Part shown: positions 1 through 8,952 of the stretch, piece by piece
Numbering within the stretch: the stretch's first letter is position 1
How the letters are laid out: each line of letters opens with the position of its first letter
Assembly (NCBI GenBank): GCA_902579195.1
Contig: CACHFV010000003.1
Span: 20,877-84,876, forward strand
DNA from: an uncultured SAR86 cluster bacterium
Lineage (GTDB): Bacteria; Pseudomonadota; Gammaproteobacteria; Magnimaribacterales; TMED112
Reading direction: 5' to 3'
DNA length: 64,000 nt
The notes under the pieces: generated by a model
The model's database searches: none
Told to the model about the DNA's origin: nothing
The model's input: only the letters and a program-made list of their open reading frames with translations
Made by a program: the position numbers and the translations under genes

Positions 1-500
1 TTATTTATTTCAATGATTGAATCCACATGATTCCATAGCTCCTGAATTCCAAATTCAGCTTGCTCAGCTCTTTTTTGTTTTTCATATTTAAATGGAGTAG
101 TAACTACTCCAATTGTAAGTATTCCCATTTCTTTTGCTAATTTTGCAATTACAGGGGCTGCACCAGTTCCTGTTCCGCCACCCATTCCAGCTGTAATAAA
201 TACCATTTCAGTATTTTTAAGACATGCTTCGATTTCATCTAAACTTAGTTCTGCTGCCAACTTTCCTTGTAATGGATTATTTCCAGCTCCCAGACCTCTT
301 GTTTGATCATTGCCGAGTTTAATTAATTTTGCTTTTTGAATTTTACTTAAGTCTTGTGAGTCAGTATTTGCGCAAATAAAATCAACGCCACGTATCCCGG
401 AGTTAATCATATGGTTAACCATATTGCCTCCACCTCCGCCAATGCCAATTACGGCAATTTTTGCCTGTTCATATTCTTGATCAAGAATTTGCCATGTCAT
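1..500 (-). CDS. ftsZ: Cell division GTPase FtsZ, N-terminal ~166 codons (rest lies beyond window start)
   Basis: Not in the ORF track because it is open at the window edge. Manual reverse-strand translation from ATG 500..498 gives MTWQILDQEYEQAKIAVIGIGGGGGNMVNHMINSGIRGVDFICANTDSQDL...TRGLGAGNNPLQG...MVFITAGMGGGTGTGAAPVIAKLAKEMGI...VDSIIEIN. It carries the tubulin/FtsZ signature GGGTGTG and is colinear with E. coli FtsZ. Confidence 0.9.
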   Translation of the reverse strand, partial: MTWQILDQEYEQAKIAVIGIGGGGGNMVNHMINSGIRGVDFICANTDSQDLSKIQKAKLIKLGNDQTRGLGAGNNPLQGKLAAELSLDEIEACLKNTEMVFITAGMGGGTGTGAAPVIAKLAKEMGILTIGVVTTPFKYEKQKRAEQAEFGIQELWNHVDSIIEIN

Positions 501-519
501 AAATAGAATTTTATAGGAC

Positions 520-847
520 AGGTGTGAGTTGGTCTATAAGCCGGATTCTGTTTTAGCCATCATTTATCTAGGTGCCTTGTTGCCAAGACACTCATGCTGC
601 CTACCCAGATTGTATGCGAGCAACATAATTCAATCTCTATTTGGCATTGCTTCGAGTGGGGTTTACACTGCCCTAAACTAAATTAGGCGGTGAGCTCTTA
701 CCTCACCATTTCACCCTTACCTCAATGAGGCGGTATACTTTCTGTTGCACTAGCCGTAGACTCACGTCCCCCAGTTGTTAACTGGCACTCTGCTCTTTGA
801 AGTCCGGACTTTCCTCTTAAAATTAAGCGATAGCTCGACCAACTCAG
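520..847 (-). ncRNA. rnpB: RNase P RNA (bacterial type A, M1 RNA)
   Basis: The reverse strand reads GAGTTGGTCGAGCTATCGCTTAATTTTAAGAGGAAAGTCCGGACTTCAAAGAGCAGAGTGCCAG...GGTAAGGGTGAAATGGTGAGGTAAGAGCTCACC...ACAGAATCCGGCTTATAGACCAACTCACACCT. Both conserved P4 strands are present (GAGGAAAGUCCGG and ACAGAAUCCGGCUUA). P1 pairs GAGTTGGTC with GACCAACTC. There is no ORF in this 360-bp gap. Ends are approximate (+-5 nt). Confidence 0.9.
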
Positions 848-859
848 TTGCATATACTA

Positions 860-1690
860 TCAGTTCTTTTCAGATAATGACAAGAATCTTTTGTAAAGAT
901 CATTTTTGCTCAGCCCAGTTATACCAGATGCCAATTTTGATATCATCTTGATACTTAAATCATTTTTTAATATTTCAAAAATTTCATCTGCTGTATTTGT
1001 GTCAATTGAATCAAGAACCACATCAATCAGCAGAATGAATTCACCTTTTATTTTGTCTTGGTTTTTAGAAAAAAAACTTAAAACCTCTGAAAAAGTTCCA
1101 CGTATATAGCTTTCATGTATTTTTGTTAGCTCTTTGGCTACACAAATCTTTGTTTGGTTATTAAGGTTTACCTGCATGACCTCTAAAGTTGCTAAGAGAC
1201 GTTTTGGAGACTCAAAAAATATAGAAGTGCCCTCATACATTTTTGTTTTTTTTAATATCTTGCTCTGTTCAATTTTTTTTCTAGGAAAAAAACCTAAAAA
1301 CTGAAAATTATCTGTACTTAGGCCACTGCCTGCTAAAGCAGTAATTACAGATGTTGGGCCAGGCAACGATATCAATCTGAAATCGTTCTTAATTATTTCT
1401 GATATAAGCTTGAAGCCAGGATCTGATATAAGAGGCGTCCCAGAATCAGAGACCAAACCACCCGTTAAACCCTTTTTAATAAGCTCGATTATTTTAGCTC
1501 TGTCTTTAGCTGACGATGTATCGTTATAAGTAATTATTTTCTTCTTCTTGATATCAAGTGCGCTTAAGAGCTTACTTGTAACTTTTTTATTTTCTACAAC
1601 CAAAAAATCTATGTCCTTCAAAATTTTTTTTGCCCTGATGGTAATATCATCAAGATTGCCAATTGGAGAAGGTATAATATAGAAAGTCAT
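860..1690 (-). CDS. rsmI: 16S rRNA (cytidine1402-2'-O)-methyltransferase RsmI
   Basis: 276-aa ORF. YIIPSPIGNLDDIT and SDSGTPLISDPG match E. coli RsmI (LYIVPTPIGNLADIT, SDAGTPLINDPG). It is divergent from an lpoA-like gene, as yraL/yraM are in E. coli. Confidence 0.85.
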   Translation of the reverse strand: MTFYIIPSPIGNLDDITIRAKKILKDIDFLVVENKKVTSKLLSALDIKKKKIITYNDTSSAKDRAKIIELIKKGLTGGLVSDSGTPLISDPGFKLISEIIKNDFRLISLPGPTSVITALAGSGLSTDNFQFLGFFPRKKIEQSKILKKTKMYEGTSIFFESPKRLLATLEVMQVNLNNQTKICVAKELTKIHESYIRGTFSEVLSFFSKNQDKIKGEFILLIDVVLDSIDTNTADEIFEILKNDLSIKMISKLASGITGLSKNDLYKRFLSLSEKN

Positions 1691-2753
1691 GATTTCAAGA
1701 ATACTTTATATTGTAATTTATTTACTAGTAATTATTAGCTGTGCATCTCCTGTAGAGGTAAAAAAATCTGAGGTATTATTTGTTGAAGAAGAAAGCTTTT
1801 TATTTACAGGCCTAACTGAGATAAATTTTGATTCTGAGGATCTATCATTTAGCAATTCATATATATTTGCACTACCAGATTATAAGGACTACCAAGAATT
1901 TAATAATTACTTTCAAATTGGAGTCTTTTCAGCAATAAAACATTTTGGCATAAGTAACAAAATTGAGTTTACAAACCAAAATGAAATAAATATGAGAAAT
2001 GCAAATAAAAATTTTCTTATTGGCCCAATAAATAAAAAAATTGTTTCAAAAACAGATGGTCTGCTCGTTAAGGATAGAGCATTGATGTTGAATGAAGCGC
2101 AAGAAAATTATTATCTTTCGCTAAATAATGAGCCACAAATATCTGCCCTAACAAATTACCTAGAAGAAACTGAAGTTAATAGAGTTGGTATAATAAGTGG
2201 TAAATCAAGTGGGGGTGAAGGTGAACAATTGTTCAAAAAATCATGGTTCAGCGAAGATCGTGATGCAATTACAATTGATGCTTCATCTGACTCTGAAAGC
2301 AGAATTGAAAATTTTCTTGATGTCTCAGAAAGCAAACAGAGATTTAACAAAATAGATAAAGCAAGTTTTGCAAAGTTAAATTTTGTTCCAAGGGCGCGTG
2401 ATGATTTCAACCATATTATTGTTTTCCCTGAAAACCCTACAGAACTGTATCGGCTTGCATCTTTGGTAAGATTTAATTACGGGCTTAATTATGAAATCAT
2501 CTCATTAACATCCAATCTTCAAGAATCTTTAGATTCAAACGAGATTGAGCTACACAACATCAAGCTTGTTGATCATACTTATACAAATAAATATGGGTAT
2601 GATTTAGCTAAAAGCAGAAGTTTTAGTTTGGGCTTTGATTCGATGATGATAGCTTTTGCAATAAGCAATAACCTTGAGGGTAAATTTAAGGGGTACCTAG
2701 CAACTTATGAGTTAGTTAATGGACAACTTAAAGCCAGCTCTTATTTTAATTAA
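1689..2753 (+). CDS. LpoA-like penicillin-binding-protein activator lipoprotein (C-terminal-domain-only, 354 aa)
   Basis: Lipoprotein signal peptide MISRILYIVIYLLVIISC. FLIGPINKKIV...ALMLNE resembles E. coli LpoA VVGPLLKNNVE...VLALNQ. The position divergent from rsmI is conserved. It is about half the E. coli length and has no N-terminal TPR domain. Confidence 0.55.
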   Translation: MISRILYIVIYLLVIISCASPVEVKKSEVLFVEEESFLFTGLTEINFDSEDLSFSNSYIFALPDYKDYQEFNNYFQIGVFSAIKHFGISNKIEFTNQNEINMRNANKNFLIGPINKKIVSKTDGLLVKDRALMLNEAQENYYLSLNNEPQISALTNYLEETEVNRVGIISGKSSGGEGEQLFKKSWFSEDRDAITIDASSDSESRIENFLDVSESKQRFNKIDKASFAKLNFVPRARDDFNHIIVFPENPTELYRLASLVRFNYGLNYEIISLTSNLQESLDSNEIELHNIKLVDHTYTNKYGYDLAKSRSFSLGFDSMMIAFAISNNLEGKFKGYLATYELVNGQLKASSYFN

Positions 2754-3366
2754 AAGAATACTTTAAATCTCTTTCTGCATCAGTCAGTGACAAGTCAAAG
2801 CTAGGTCGAGAAAACAGTTTTTCCTGATACTTTCTTAAACTTTCAAATGATTTTGAATTAGGAGTTGTAACACCTAAGTATGGAAGCCTATATAAGATTG
2901 CACTCATATAACAATCCACAAGTGTATATTCATCACTCATAAAGTATGGTTTTTCTTTTAACACAAGAACAATGCCTGAAACTAAAGAAACCAATTCTTT
3001 TTTTTGTGCATCAAACTCCTTTTGGCTAATTTTTGGGCTCATCATTTTATCAATTACTGGTAGCCAATCTTTTTCTATTCTGTGAATTAAGAGCCTGCAC
3101 TCCGCTTTATTGTTTGGGTATATTGGTAGAAGAGGTGGGTGAGGAAATCTCTCATCCAGATATTCTAAAATTACTCTTGGCTCATAAATTGTGACTTCCC
3201 TATCAATAAGAACAGGAAGCTTGTTATAAGGGTTTAAAGTTGGCAATTCCTCTGGGAGTTTTTCAGCTGGATCAAATTCCTTGATCTCACATGAAATATC
3301 TTTTTCAGCCAATACTAATCTAACCATATGGCTATAATGGCCTTTTTCTTCAGAATAAAAAATCAT
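2746..3366 (-). CDS. sspA: Stringent starvation protein A (GST-like)
   Basis: YSHMVRLVLAEK, YLDERFPHPPLLPIYP and HRIEKDW are near-identical to E. coli SspA motifs. The gene sits directly after petABC. Confidence 0.9.
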   Translation of the reverse strand: MIFYSEEKGHYSHMVRLVLAEKDISCEIKEFDPAEKLPEELPTLNPYNKLPVLIDREVTIYEPRVILEYLDERFPHPPLLPIYPNNKAECRLLIHRIEKDWLPVIDKMMSPKISQKEFDAQKKELVSLVSGIVLVLKEKPYFMSDEYTLVDCYMSAILYRLPYLGVTTPNSKSFESLRKYQEKLFSRPSFDLSLTDAERDLKYSFN

Positions 3367-4061
3367 TTAATCTCCTTTGCATACTCTCTATACAGCAACC
3401 ACATTACTGCTGTAAAAACTATAAAAAATAGAATTACAAAAAAACCATTTTTTTCTCTTGTTACTCTTGCTGGCTCAGCAACGTAAGCTAAAAAGTTAAC
3501 TAGATCTCTCATAGATTCATCAAATTCTTCTTTTGTTTGAGTTCCTTGTGTTGTTTGTTTTAATTTTCCCTTCCCAACAAGTTCTTGGCTGCCTTGAAGT
3601 CCAGCAAGAACATTAGGCATTGATGTGCCTTCGTAAACCAAATTATTGGTTCCAGATGGTTGATTTGGGTCATTATAGAACGTCCTCAAGTATGTATAAA
3701 TCCAATCTTCACCCCTAACTCTTGTTCTAAGTGTTAGATCCGGTGCACCTATAGGCGACACTTCTGGTAAACCAAATGACATAAAGTCTGAAGCTTTTGT
3801 ATCTGGTGTTGTAATTAAATCCTCAAGAAGGATTGTTTCAGGGACATCAAGATCTCTTTGCAACCTATTCCATCTTTGCATTTTCAATGTGTGACAGCTG
3901 GAGCAATAGTTCATGTAAATTCCTAAACCTCTTTGCAGTGAATAAGTGTCATGCACTGTTGCAGAATATTCGTCACATTTTTCAAGGCTGCCACACTTGT
4001 TTTCACCTGCAGCAAAAGAATCAAGCGTAATAAAAATTAATAAGGTTATTAAGAATCTCAT
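3363..4061 (-). CDS. petC: Ubiquinol-cytochrome c reductase, cytochrome c1 subunit
   Basis: Signal peptide, CSSCH heme c motif and a C-terminal membrane anchor (FFVILFFIVFTAVMWLLY). Third gene of the Rieske / cyt b / cyt c1 operon, with a 4-nt overlap with cyt b. Confidence 0.85.
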   Translation of the reverse strand: MRFLITLLIFITLDSFAAGENKCGSLEKCDEYSATVHDTYSLQRGLGIYMNYCSSCHTLKMQRWNRLQRDLDVPETILLEDLITTPDTKASDFMSFGLPEVSPIGAPDLTLRTRVRGEDWIYTYLRTFYNDPNQPSGTNNLVYEGTSMPNVLAGLQGSQELVGKGKLKQTTQGTQTKEEFDESMRDLVNFLAYVAEPARVTREKNGFFVILFFIVFTAVMWLLYREYAKEIK

Positions 4062-5302
4062 AATCTCTCAGGCACCTCTTTTGTTTTTTCATATTTGGTA
4101 TAAATTGGCATCAAAATAAATGGAGCAAAATAGAATACTGTGCAAATTTGTGCAATTAGGGTTCTCATTTCATTAACTGGCTTCGTCCCAAGATAACCGA
4201 GCGTCACAAATGATGCAGCGAATAAAACCATTGCAAATTTACTGTAGATCCCTTTGTACCTAATGCTTTGAACATTGGATCTATCAAGCCATGGCACCAC
4301 AAAAAGAATTGCAATACTTGCTGCAAAAATTATAAAGCCTAAGAACTTACTTGTTATTCCCAAGAAAGGTATTCCAAAAGTTACTGCTCTTAAAATTGAA
4401 TAAAAAGGTGCGTAATACCAGACAGGTGCAATATGTTCAGGTGTCTTCAAAAAATCTGCTTCTTCAAAATTAGGTTTTTCGATGAAGTATCCGCCACCAG
4501 TTGGAGCAAAGAAAACTATTGCGAAGAAAACTATGAAAAATATACCTATTGCAGGTAATGCACTAAATGTTTTATATGGGTGAAATGGTGCTCCATCTAA
4601 GGGCATTCCTTTCTCATCTCTATGCTTTTCAATATCAACTCCTTCTGGATTACCTGCACCAACTTCATGAAGTGCGAAAATGTGAAACACAACGAGCGCT
4701 ATCATCAAAAGCGGCACTACAACAACGTGTAAGGCAAAAAACCTTGATAGTGTTATTCCGGATAAAACATAATCCCCTTGAATCCAAACCTGCAAATCAG
4801 GGCCAATGAAAGGTATAGCTCCAAAAAGTGACAAAATTACATTTGCAGCCCAATATGACATTTGCCCCCATGGAAGAACATATCCTAGGAAACCCTCTGC
4901 CATTAATAAGAACAATAGAAAACAACCAAACAACCAAACTAGTTCTTTTGGTTTTTGGTAAGAGCCATACAACAAGCCCCTAAACATATGAAAATACATA
5001 AGAAGGAAAAAGGCGCTTGCTCCAGTACTATGCATGTATCTCATTAACCAGCCGTAATCAACATCACGCATGATGTACTCAACACTGGCAAAAGCTCCCT
5101 CCTCTGTGTTTGTATAAAACATCATTAGCCATATTCCAGTTACTAACTGAACCATAAATACAACCATTAACAATGCGCCAAAGATGTAAAAGAAATTTAC
5201 TTTTTTTGGAACAGGATGTTTTGTTAAATGTCTTTCTAAATTTTCAGTTACTGGTAGTCTTCTATCTAACCAGCTCATAAACGAATTATTTTTGTCACTC
5301 AT
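4058..5302 (-). CDS. petB: Ubiquinol-cytochrome c reductase, cytochrome b subunit
   Basis: 414-aa polytopic protein with cytochrome b hallmarks (WLMRYMHSTGASAFF, FFALHVVVVP..FHIFALHE, PEWYF-like APVWYYAPFY). It lies between the Rieske and c1 genes. Confidence 0.9.
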   Translation of the reverse strand: MSDKNNSFMSWLDRRLPVTENLERHLTKHPVPKKVNFFYIFGALLMVVFMVQLVTGIWLMMFYTNTEEGAFASVEYIMRDVDYGWLMRYMHSTGASAFFLLMYFHMFRGLLYGSYQKPKELVWLFGCFLLFLLMAEGFLGYVLPWGQMSYWAANVILSLFGAIPFIGPDLQVWIQGDYVLSGITLSRFFALHVVVVPLLMIALVVFHIFALHEVGAGNPEGVDIEKHRDEKGMPLDGAPFHPYKTFSALPAIGIFFIVFFAIVFFAPTGGGYFIEKPNFEEADFLKTPEHIAPVWYYAPFYSILRAVTFGIPFLGITSKFLGFIIFAASIAILFVVPWLDRSNVQSIRYKGIYSKFAMVLFAASFVTLGYLGTKPVNEMRTLIAQICTVFYFAPFILMPIYTKYEKTKEVPERL

Positions 5303-5305
5303 TAT

Positions 5306-5860
5306 TTAAACAGCGTCTCCTATAATTAATGTATCTCCTTCAAAAGTATGTGGAGGTACTTCAAGGTTAATTGGTGCAGGAACACCTTTATAAACTCTGC
5401 CAGCTAAGTCAAACTTAGAACCATGGCATGGACAAAAGAAACCACCAAGCCATTCTTGATCCCAAGCTTTAGGCTCTATTTCTGGGTAATATTTAGGTGC
5501 ACAAGATAGATGAGTACATACACCTTTAAGAACAGAAAATTTATCGTTAGCTGAACGCAGCAAACCTTCTTCAAGAGCTGGATCTACCATCTTTTCGTTA
5601 AGTTTTGGTAAATTCTGCTTAGCTTGTTCAGTTTGATGAACAATAAAAATAGGTGTTCGTCTCCACTCTACAACTGCCATTGCACCTGCATCGAGTTTTG
5701 TTAAATCAAACTTCACAGACGCTCCCATCGCTTTTGCTTTTTCACTTGGATTCCATGCACTCAAGAAAGGAACGGCGAAACCTGCAACGGTAACAGCACC
5801 CATAACACCAGATGTTATGAGAAGAGCTTTACGTCTCTTTGGGTCTACTTTTTCAGACAT
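5306..5860 (-). CDS. petA: Ubiquinol-cytochrome c reductase, Rieske 2Fe-2S subunit
   Basis: Rieske boxes CTHLSC and CPCHGS. N-terminal RRKALL twin-arginine-like signal anchor. Confidence 0.9.
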   Translation of the reverse strand: MSEKVDPKRRKALLITSGVMGAVTVAGFAVPFLSAWNPSEKAKAMGASVKFDLTKLDAGAMAVVEWRRTPIFIVHQTEQAKQNLPKLNEKMVDPALEEGLLRSANDKFSVLKGVCTHLSCAPKYYPEIEPKAWDQEWLGGFFCPCHGSKFDLAGRVYKGVPAPINLEVPPHTFEGDTLIIGDAV

Positions 5861-5870
5861 TAATATATTT

Positions 5871-6251
5871 TTATCTCTTAGAGAATTGTGGGCTCTTTCT
5901 CGCCTTTTTCAAGCCAACTTTCTTTCTTTCTTTAACTCTTGAGTCCCTTGTTAAGTAACCTGCTTTCTTCAAGTCTGCTCTTAAATCAGGATTTTCTGCA
6001 ACTAATGCTTTTGAAATTGCTAATCTAATCGCTCCAGCTTGACCAAAAGAACCACCACCATTGACTTTAACATCGATATCATAATTTGCTTCTAGTTTAG
6101 TTAGGACAAGAGGCTGTCTAATTATCATTTTGGCAACATCTCTGCCAAAGTAATCGTCAATGCTCTTTTTATTAACTGTAACTACGCCTTTCCCTTTAGA
6201 TAGCTTAACTACTGCAGTTGCTTCTTTACGTCTTCCTGAAATTGTGCTCAT
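5871..6251 (-). CDS. rpsI: 30S ribosomal protein S9
   Basis: GGGSFGQAGAIRLAISKAL and C-terminal RDSRVKERKKVGLKKARKSPQFSKR. Follows rplM. Confidence 0.95.
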   Translation of the reverse strand: MSTISGRRKEATAVVKLSKGKGVVTVNKKSIDDYFGRDVAKMIIRQPLVLTKLEANYDIDVKVNGGGSFGQAGAIRLAISKALVAENPDLRADLKKAGYLTRDSRVKERKKVGLKKARKSPQFSKR

Positions 6252-6676
6252 TATTTAAGTTCCTTTGGATTTTGTGCCTCATGCGGATGATTCTCATCGC
6301 TGTAGACTTTAAGTTTTTTGATAATTTGTCGATTCAACCTATTTTTAGGCAACATTCCTTTAACTGAATCTCTAATTATCTTCTCTGGATCTTTATCAAG
6401 TTGGTCTTTAAAGGAAATCTGCTTTATTCCTCCAGGGTAACCACTATGTCTATAGTAGATTTTATCTTCAGTTTTTTTACCTGTTACTTTGATATCCTTT
6501 GCGTTTACTAAAACTACAAAGTCACCTACATCGGCGTTTGGTGTGTACTCAGGTTTATTTTTTCCTCTTAAAATATTTGCAACTTGTACTGATAGTCGTC
6601 CCAGAGTTTTTCCAGAACAATCCATAATGTACCACTTTTGCTCAATATCTTGAGTTCTTACTGCTGTTGTTTTCAT
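6251..6676 (-). CDS. rplM: 50S ribosomal protein L13
   Basis: KWYIMDCSGKTLGRLS and YYRHSGYPGG are typical L13 motifs. Conserved rplM-rpsI pair. Confidence 0.95.
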   Translation of the reverse strand: MKTTAVRTQDIEQKWYIMDCSGKTLGRLSVQVANILRGKNKPEYTPNADVGDFVVLVNAKDIKVTGKKTEDKIYYRHSGYPGGIKQISFKDQLDKDPEKIIRDSVKGMLPKNRLNRQIIKKLKVYSDENHPHEAQNPKELK

Positions 6677-6731
6677 GTTTTGCTCAAAGTTGACCCGCTA
6701 TATATTAATATAAAGGTAGCGGATTTGAAAC

Positions 6732-7706
6732 ATGAAAAAACTGTTTTTTCTAATATTATTGTTAGGTGCTTTTTTTGGCGCTCAAGTGGTATATTTTCAA
6801 AACTTTGCAAAATCAGAAAAAGTTCTTGATTTTGATCAAATTTCTAACTCAATAGTTTCAATTGAATCACAGTCAAACAATCCAAACCAAAGGTTTGGTT
6901 CTGGGGTAATCATTTCATCAGATGGATACATAATTACGGCATTTCATTTGTTATCAGGGTCTTTAAGCTCGATTAAGATTGATGATCAATCTTATACTGC
7001 GAATTTAATTGGTTTTGACGAATATGCTGATCTAGCAGTTCTGAAAGTTAATGGTGATAATCTTAGGCCAATAATATTTTCCGCAACAGATGATCTAAAA
7101 GTTGGTGATCCTGTTTATGCTATCGGCAATCCCTTCAATCTAGGAATATCTGTTTCTAAAGGAATACTTAGTGCTACAGGTAGAAATTTTGGAAACCCTT
7201 ACTTAGATATTATTCAGACAGATGCAGCTATTAATCTAGGCAGCTCAGGCGGGGCAATCATTAATGAAGCAGGTGAATTAATAGGTTTAAGCACTCTAAT
7301 TGCCTCTGGCTCAGGAGGATCTGATGGTGTTGGTTTTGCGTTACCATCAAGCAGAGTTTTATCAATTGCTAACGAAATAATTAAATATGGAGATGTAAGT
7401 AGAGCGTGGATTGGTGATTTTAGTTTTAGAAGAAGCCTTTTCAATCTGAATGGAGAGAGAGTTCCAGCTATTTATGTTTTCCAAAATCAGCTGCCTCTTT
7501 CCTCACAACCAATTGATGGTGGATTGCTTGATGGAGATATTATCATTGATATAAAAGGTGCTCAAGCTAAATGGTCGACCCTAAGAGCTTCTGTTAACAG
7601 TATATCTCCCGGTGAAGTTCTTGAGCTTAAAGTGATTAGAGACGGAGAGGAAAAGAAGCTAGAAATTGTTACCAAAGAGAGGCCTAATACACCACAGGCT
7701 CTCTAA
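6732..7706 (+). CDS. HtrA-family (S1C) serine endoprotease, DegS-like, single PDZ-like C-terminus
   Basis: N-terminal hydrophobic anchor. Catalytic triad contexts are ITAFH, ADLAVLKV and NLGSSGGAI. Pattern GFALP...A.EI..G....RAWIG. 324 aa. Confidence 0.7.
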   Translation: MKKLFFLILLLGAFFGAQVVYFQNFAKSEKVLDFDQISNSIVSIESQSNNPNQRFGSGVIISSDGYIITAFHLLSGSLSSIKIDDQSYTANLIGFDEYADLAVLKVNGDNLRPIIFSATDDLKVGDPVYAIGNPFNLGISVSKGILSATGRNFGNPYLDIIQTDAAINLGSSGGAIINEAGELIGLSTLIASGSGGSDGVGFALPSSRVLSIANEIIKYGDVSRAWIGDFSFRRSLFNLNGERVPAIYVFQNQLPLSSQPIDGGLLDGDIIIDIKGAQAKWSTLRASVNSISPGEVLELKVIRDGEEKKLEIVTKERPNTPQAL

Positions 7707-8949
7707 TTATGTCTGCACCAAGCTTATTAAGTTTTTCCTCAATGCATTCATAGCCTCTGTCAATATGATAGATATTATCAATTTGGGTTCTATTTTTGCC
7801 TACAAGGCCTGCCAAAACAAGACTTGCTGAAGCTCTTAGATCAGAAGCTTTTACTTCTGAACCGACAAGATTTGGAACACCTTTTACAAAAGCTTTGTTC
7901 TTGCTTAAAACAATATCAGCTCCCATTTTTCTTAACTGACTAACATGTTGAAATCTATTTTCAAAAACTGTTTCTTCGATAGTGCACGATCCTGTGGCAA
8001 TGGTGTTAAGCGCCATAAATTGAGCTTGCATATCAGTTGGAAAGCCAGGAAAGGGTTCTGTGTCTATATCAATACATGTGATCTCAGATGATGTAGCATC
8101 TGCCTCAACCCAGTTTTCACCGTAACTTACATTAACACCCATCTCAATTAATTTATTTGTTAGGACTTGTATTGTTTTTGGCTCAATTTTTTTTACTGTA
8201 ATGTGGCCATTTGTAATAGCTCCTGCAACCAGGTAAGTTCCTGCTTCTATCCTGTCAAAAAGCACATCCCATTCCACACTTCCTAGCGAATCAACACCTG
8301 TAATTTCAATTGTGGATTCCCCTGCCCCATGAATTGAAGCTCCACATTTATTTAGAAAATTTGCAAGCTCGACTACCTCTGGTTCTTTTGCACAATTTTT
8401 AAGCGTTGTTTTGCCCTCAGTAAAAACTGCTGCCATCATTAGGTTTTCTGTGCCTGTTACAGAGATTTTTGGAAATTCAAATTCAATTGGCTTGAGCTTA
8501 TCTGCCTTTAGATAAATGTACTTTGAATCTGATTTAATTTCAGCACCCATTTTCTCTAAACCACTTAAGTGAAAATCAATTGGTCTTGAACCAATATCAC
8601 AACCACCGGGTTGAGAAATCTTTGCTTTTCCATATTTTGCAACCAATGGGCCCATCACCAGAATTGATGCTCTCATAGTTTTAACAAGCTCATATCTTGC
8701 TTCTGGTAAATCAATATTTGATGAGTTGATTTCTATGTATCCATTCTCATCAAAATTTATGTGAGAACCCATGGAGTTCAACAATTCGAGCATAGTAGTA
8801 ATATCTTGAAGATGCGGAAGATTTCCTATCTTAGCAACACCATCCAATAAGATTGTTGATGCCAAAATAGGCAAACCAGCATTCTTTGCTCCTGAGCAAT
8901 CCACTTCCCCATGAAGCTGATTACCACCCTTAATAATAAGTCTTTCCAT
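7684..8949 (-). CDS. murA: UDP-N-acetylglucosamine 1-carboxyvinyltransferase
   Basis: 421 aa. LIIKGGNQLHGEV..SGAKNA, the active-site loop GGCDIGSRPID and the C-terminal IYHIDRGYE are colinear with E. coli MurA. Confidence 0.95.
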   Translation of the reverse strand: MERLIIKGGNQLHGEVDCSGAKNAGLPILASTILLDGVAKIGNLPHLQDITTMLELLNSMGSHINFDENGYIEINSSNIDLPEARYELVKTMRASILVMGPLVAKYGKAKISQPGGCDIGSRPIDFHLSGLEKMGAEIKSDSKYIYLKADKLKPIEFEFPKISVTGTENLMMAAVFTEGKTTLKNCAKEPEVVELANFLNKCGASIHGAGESTIEITGVDSLGSVEWDVLFDRIEAGTYLVAGAITNGHITVKKIEPKTIQVLTNKLIEMGVNVSYGENWVEADATSSEITCIDIDTEPFPGFPTDMQAQFMALNTIATGSCTIEETVFENRFQHVSQLRKMGADIVLSKNKAFVKGVPNLVGSEVKASDLRASASLVLAGLVGKNRTQIDNIYHIDRGYECIEEKLNKLGADIIREPVVY

Positions 8950-8952
8950 CTA

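Noticed and set aside
6689-6722. Inverted repeat CCGCTA...TAGCGG and TTGACC in the rplM/degS-like intergenic region as operator or promoter
   Set aside because: The 6-bp arms enclose an 18-nt AT-rich loop, and I could not find a -10 at an acceptable spacing from TTGACC. The evidence is too weak to call.
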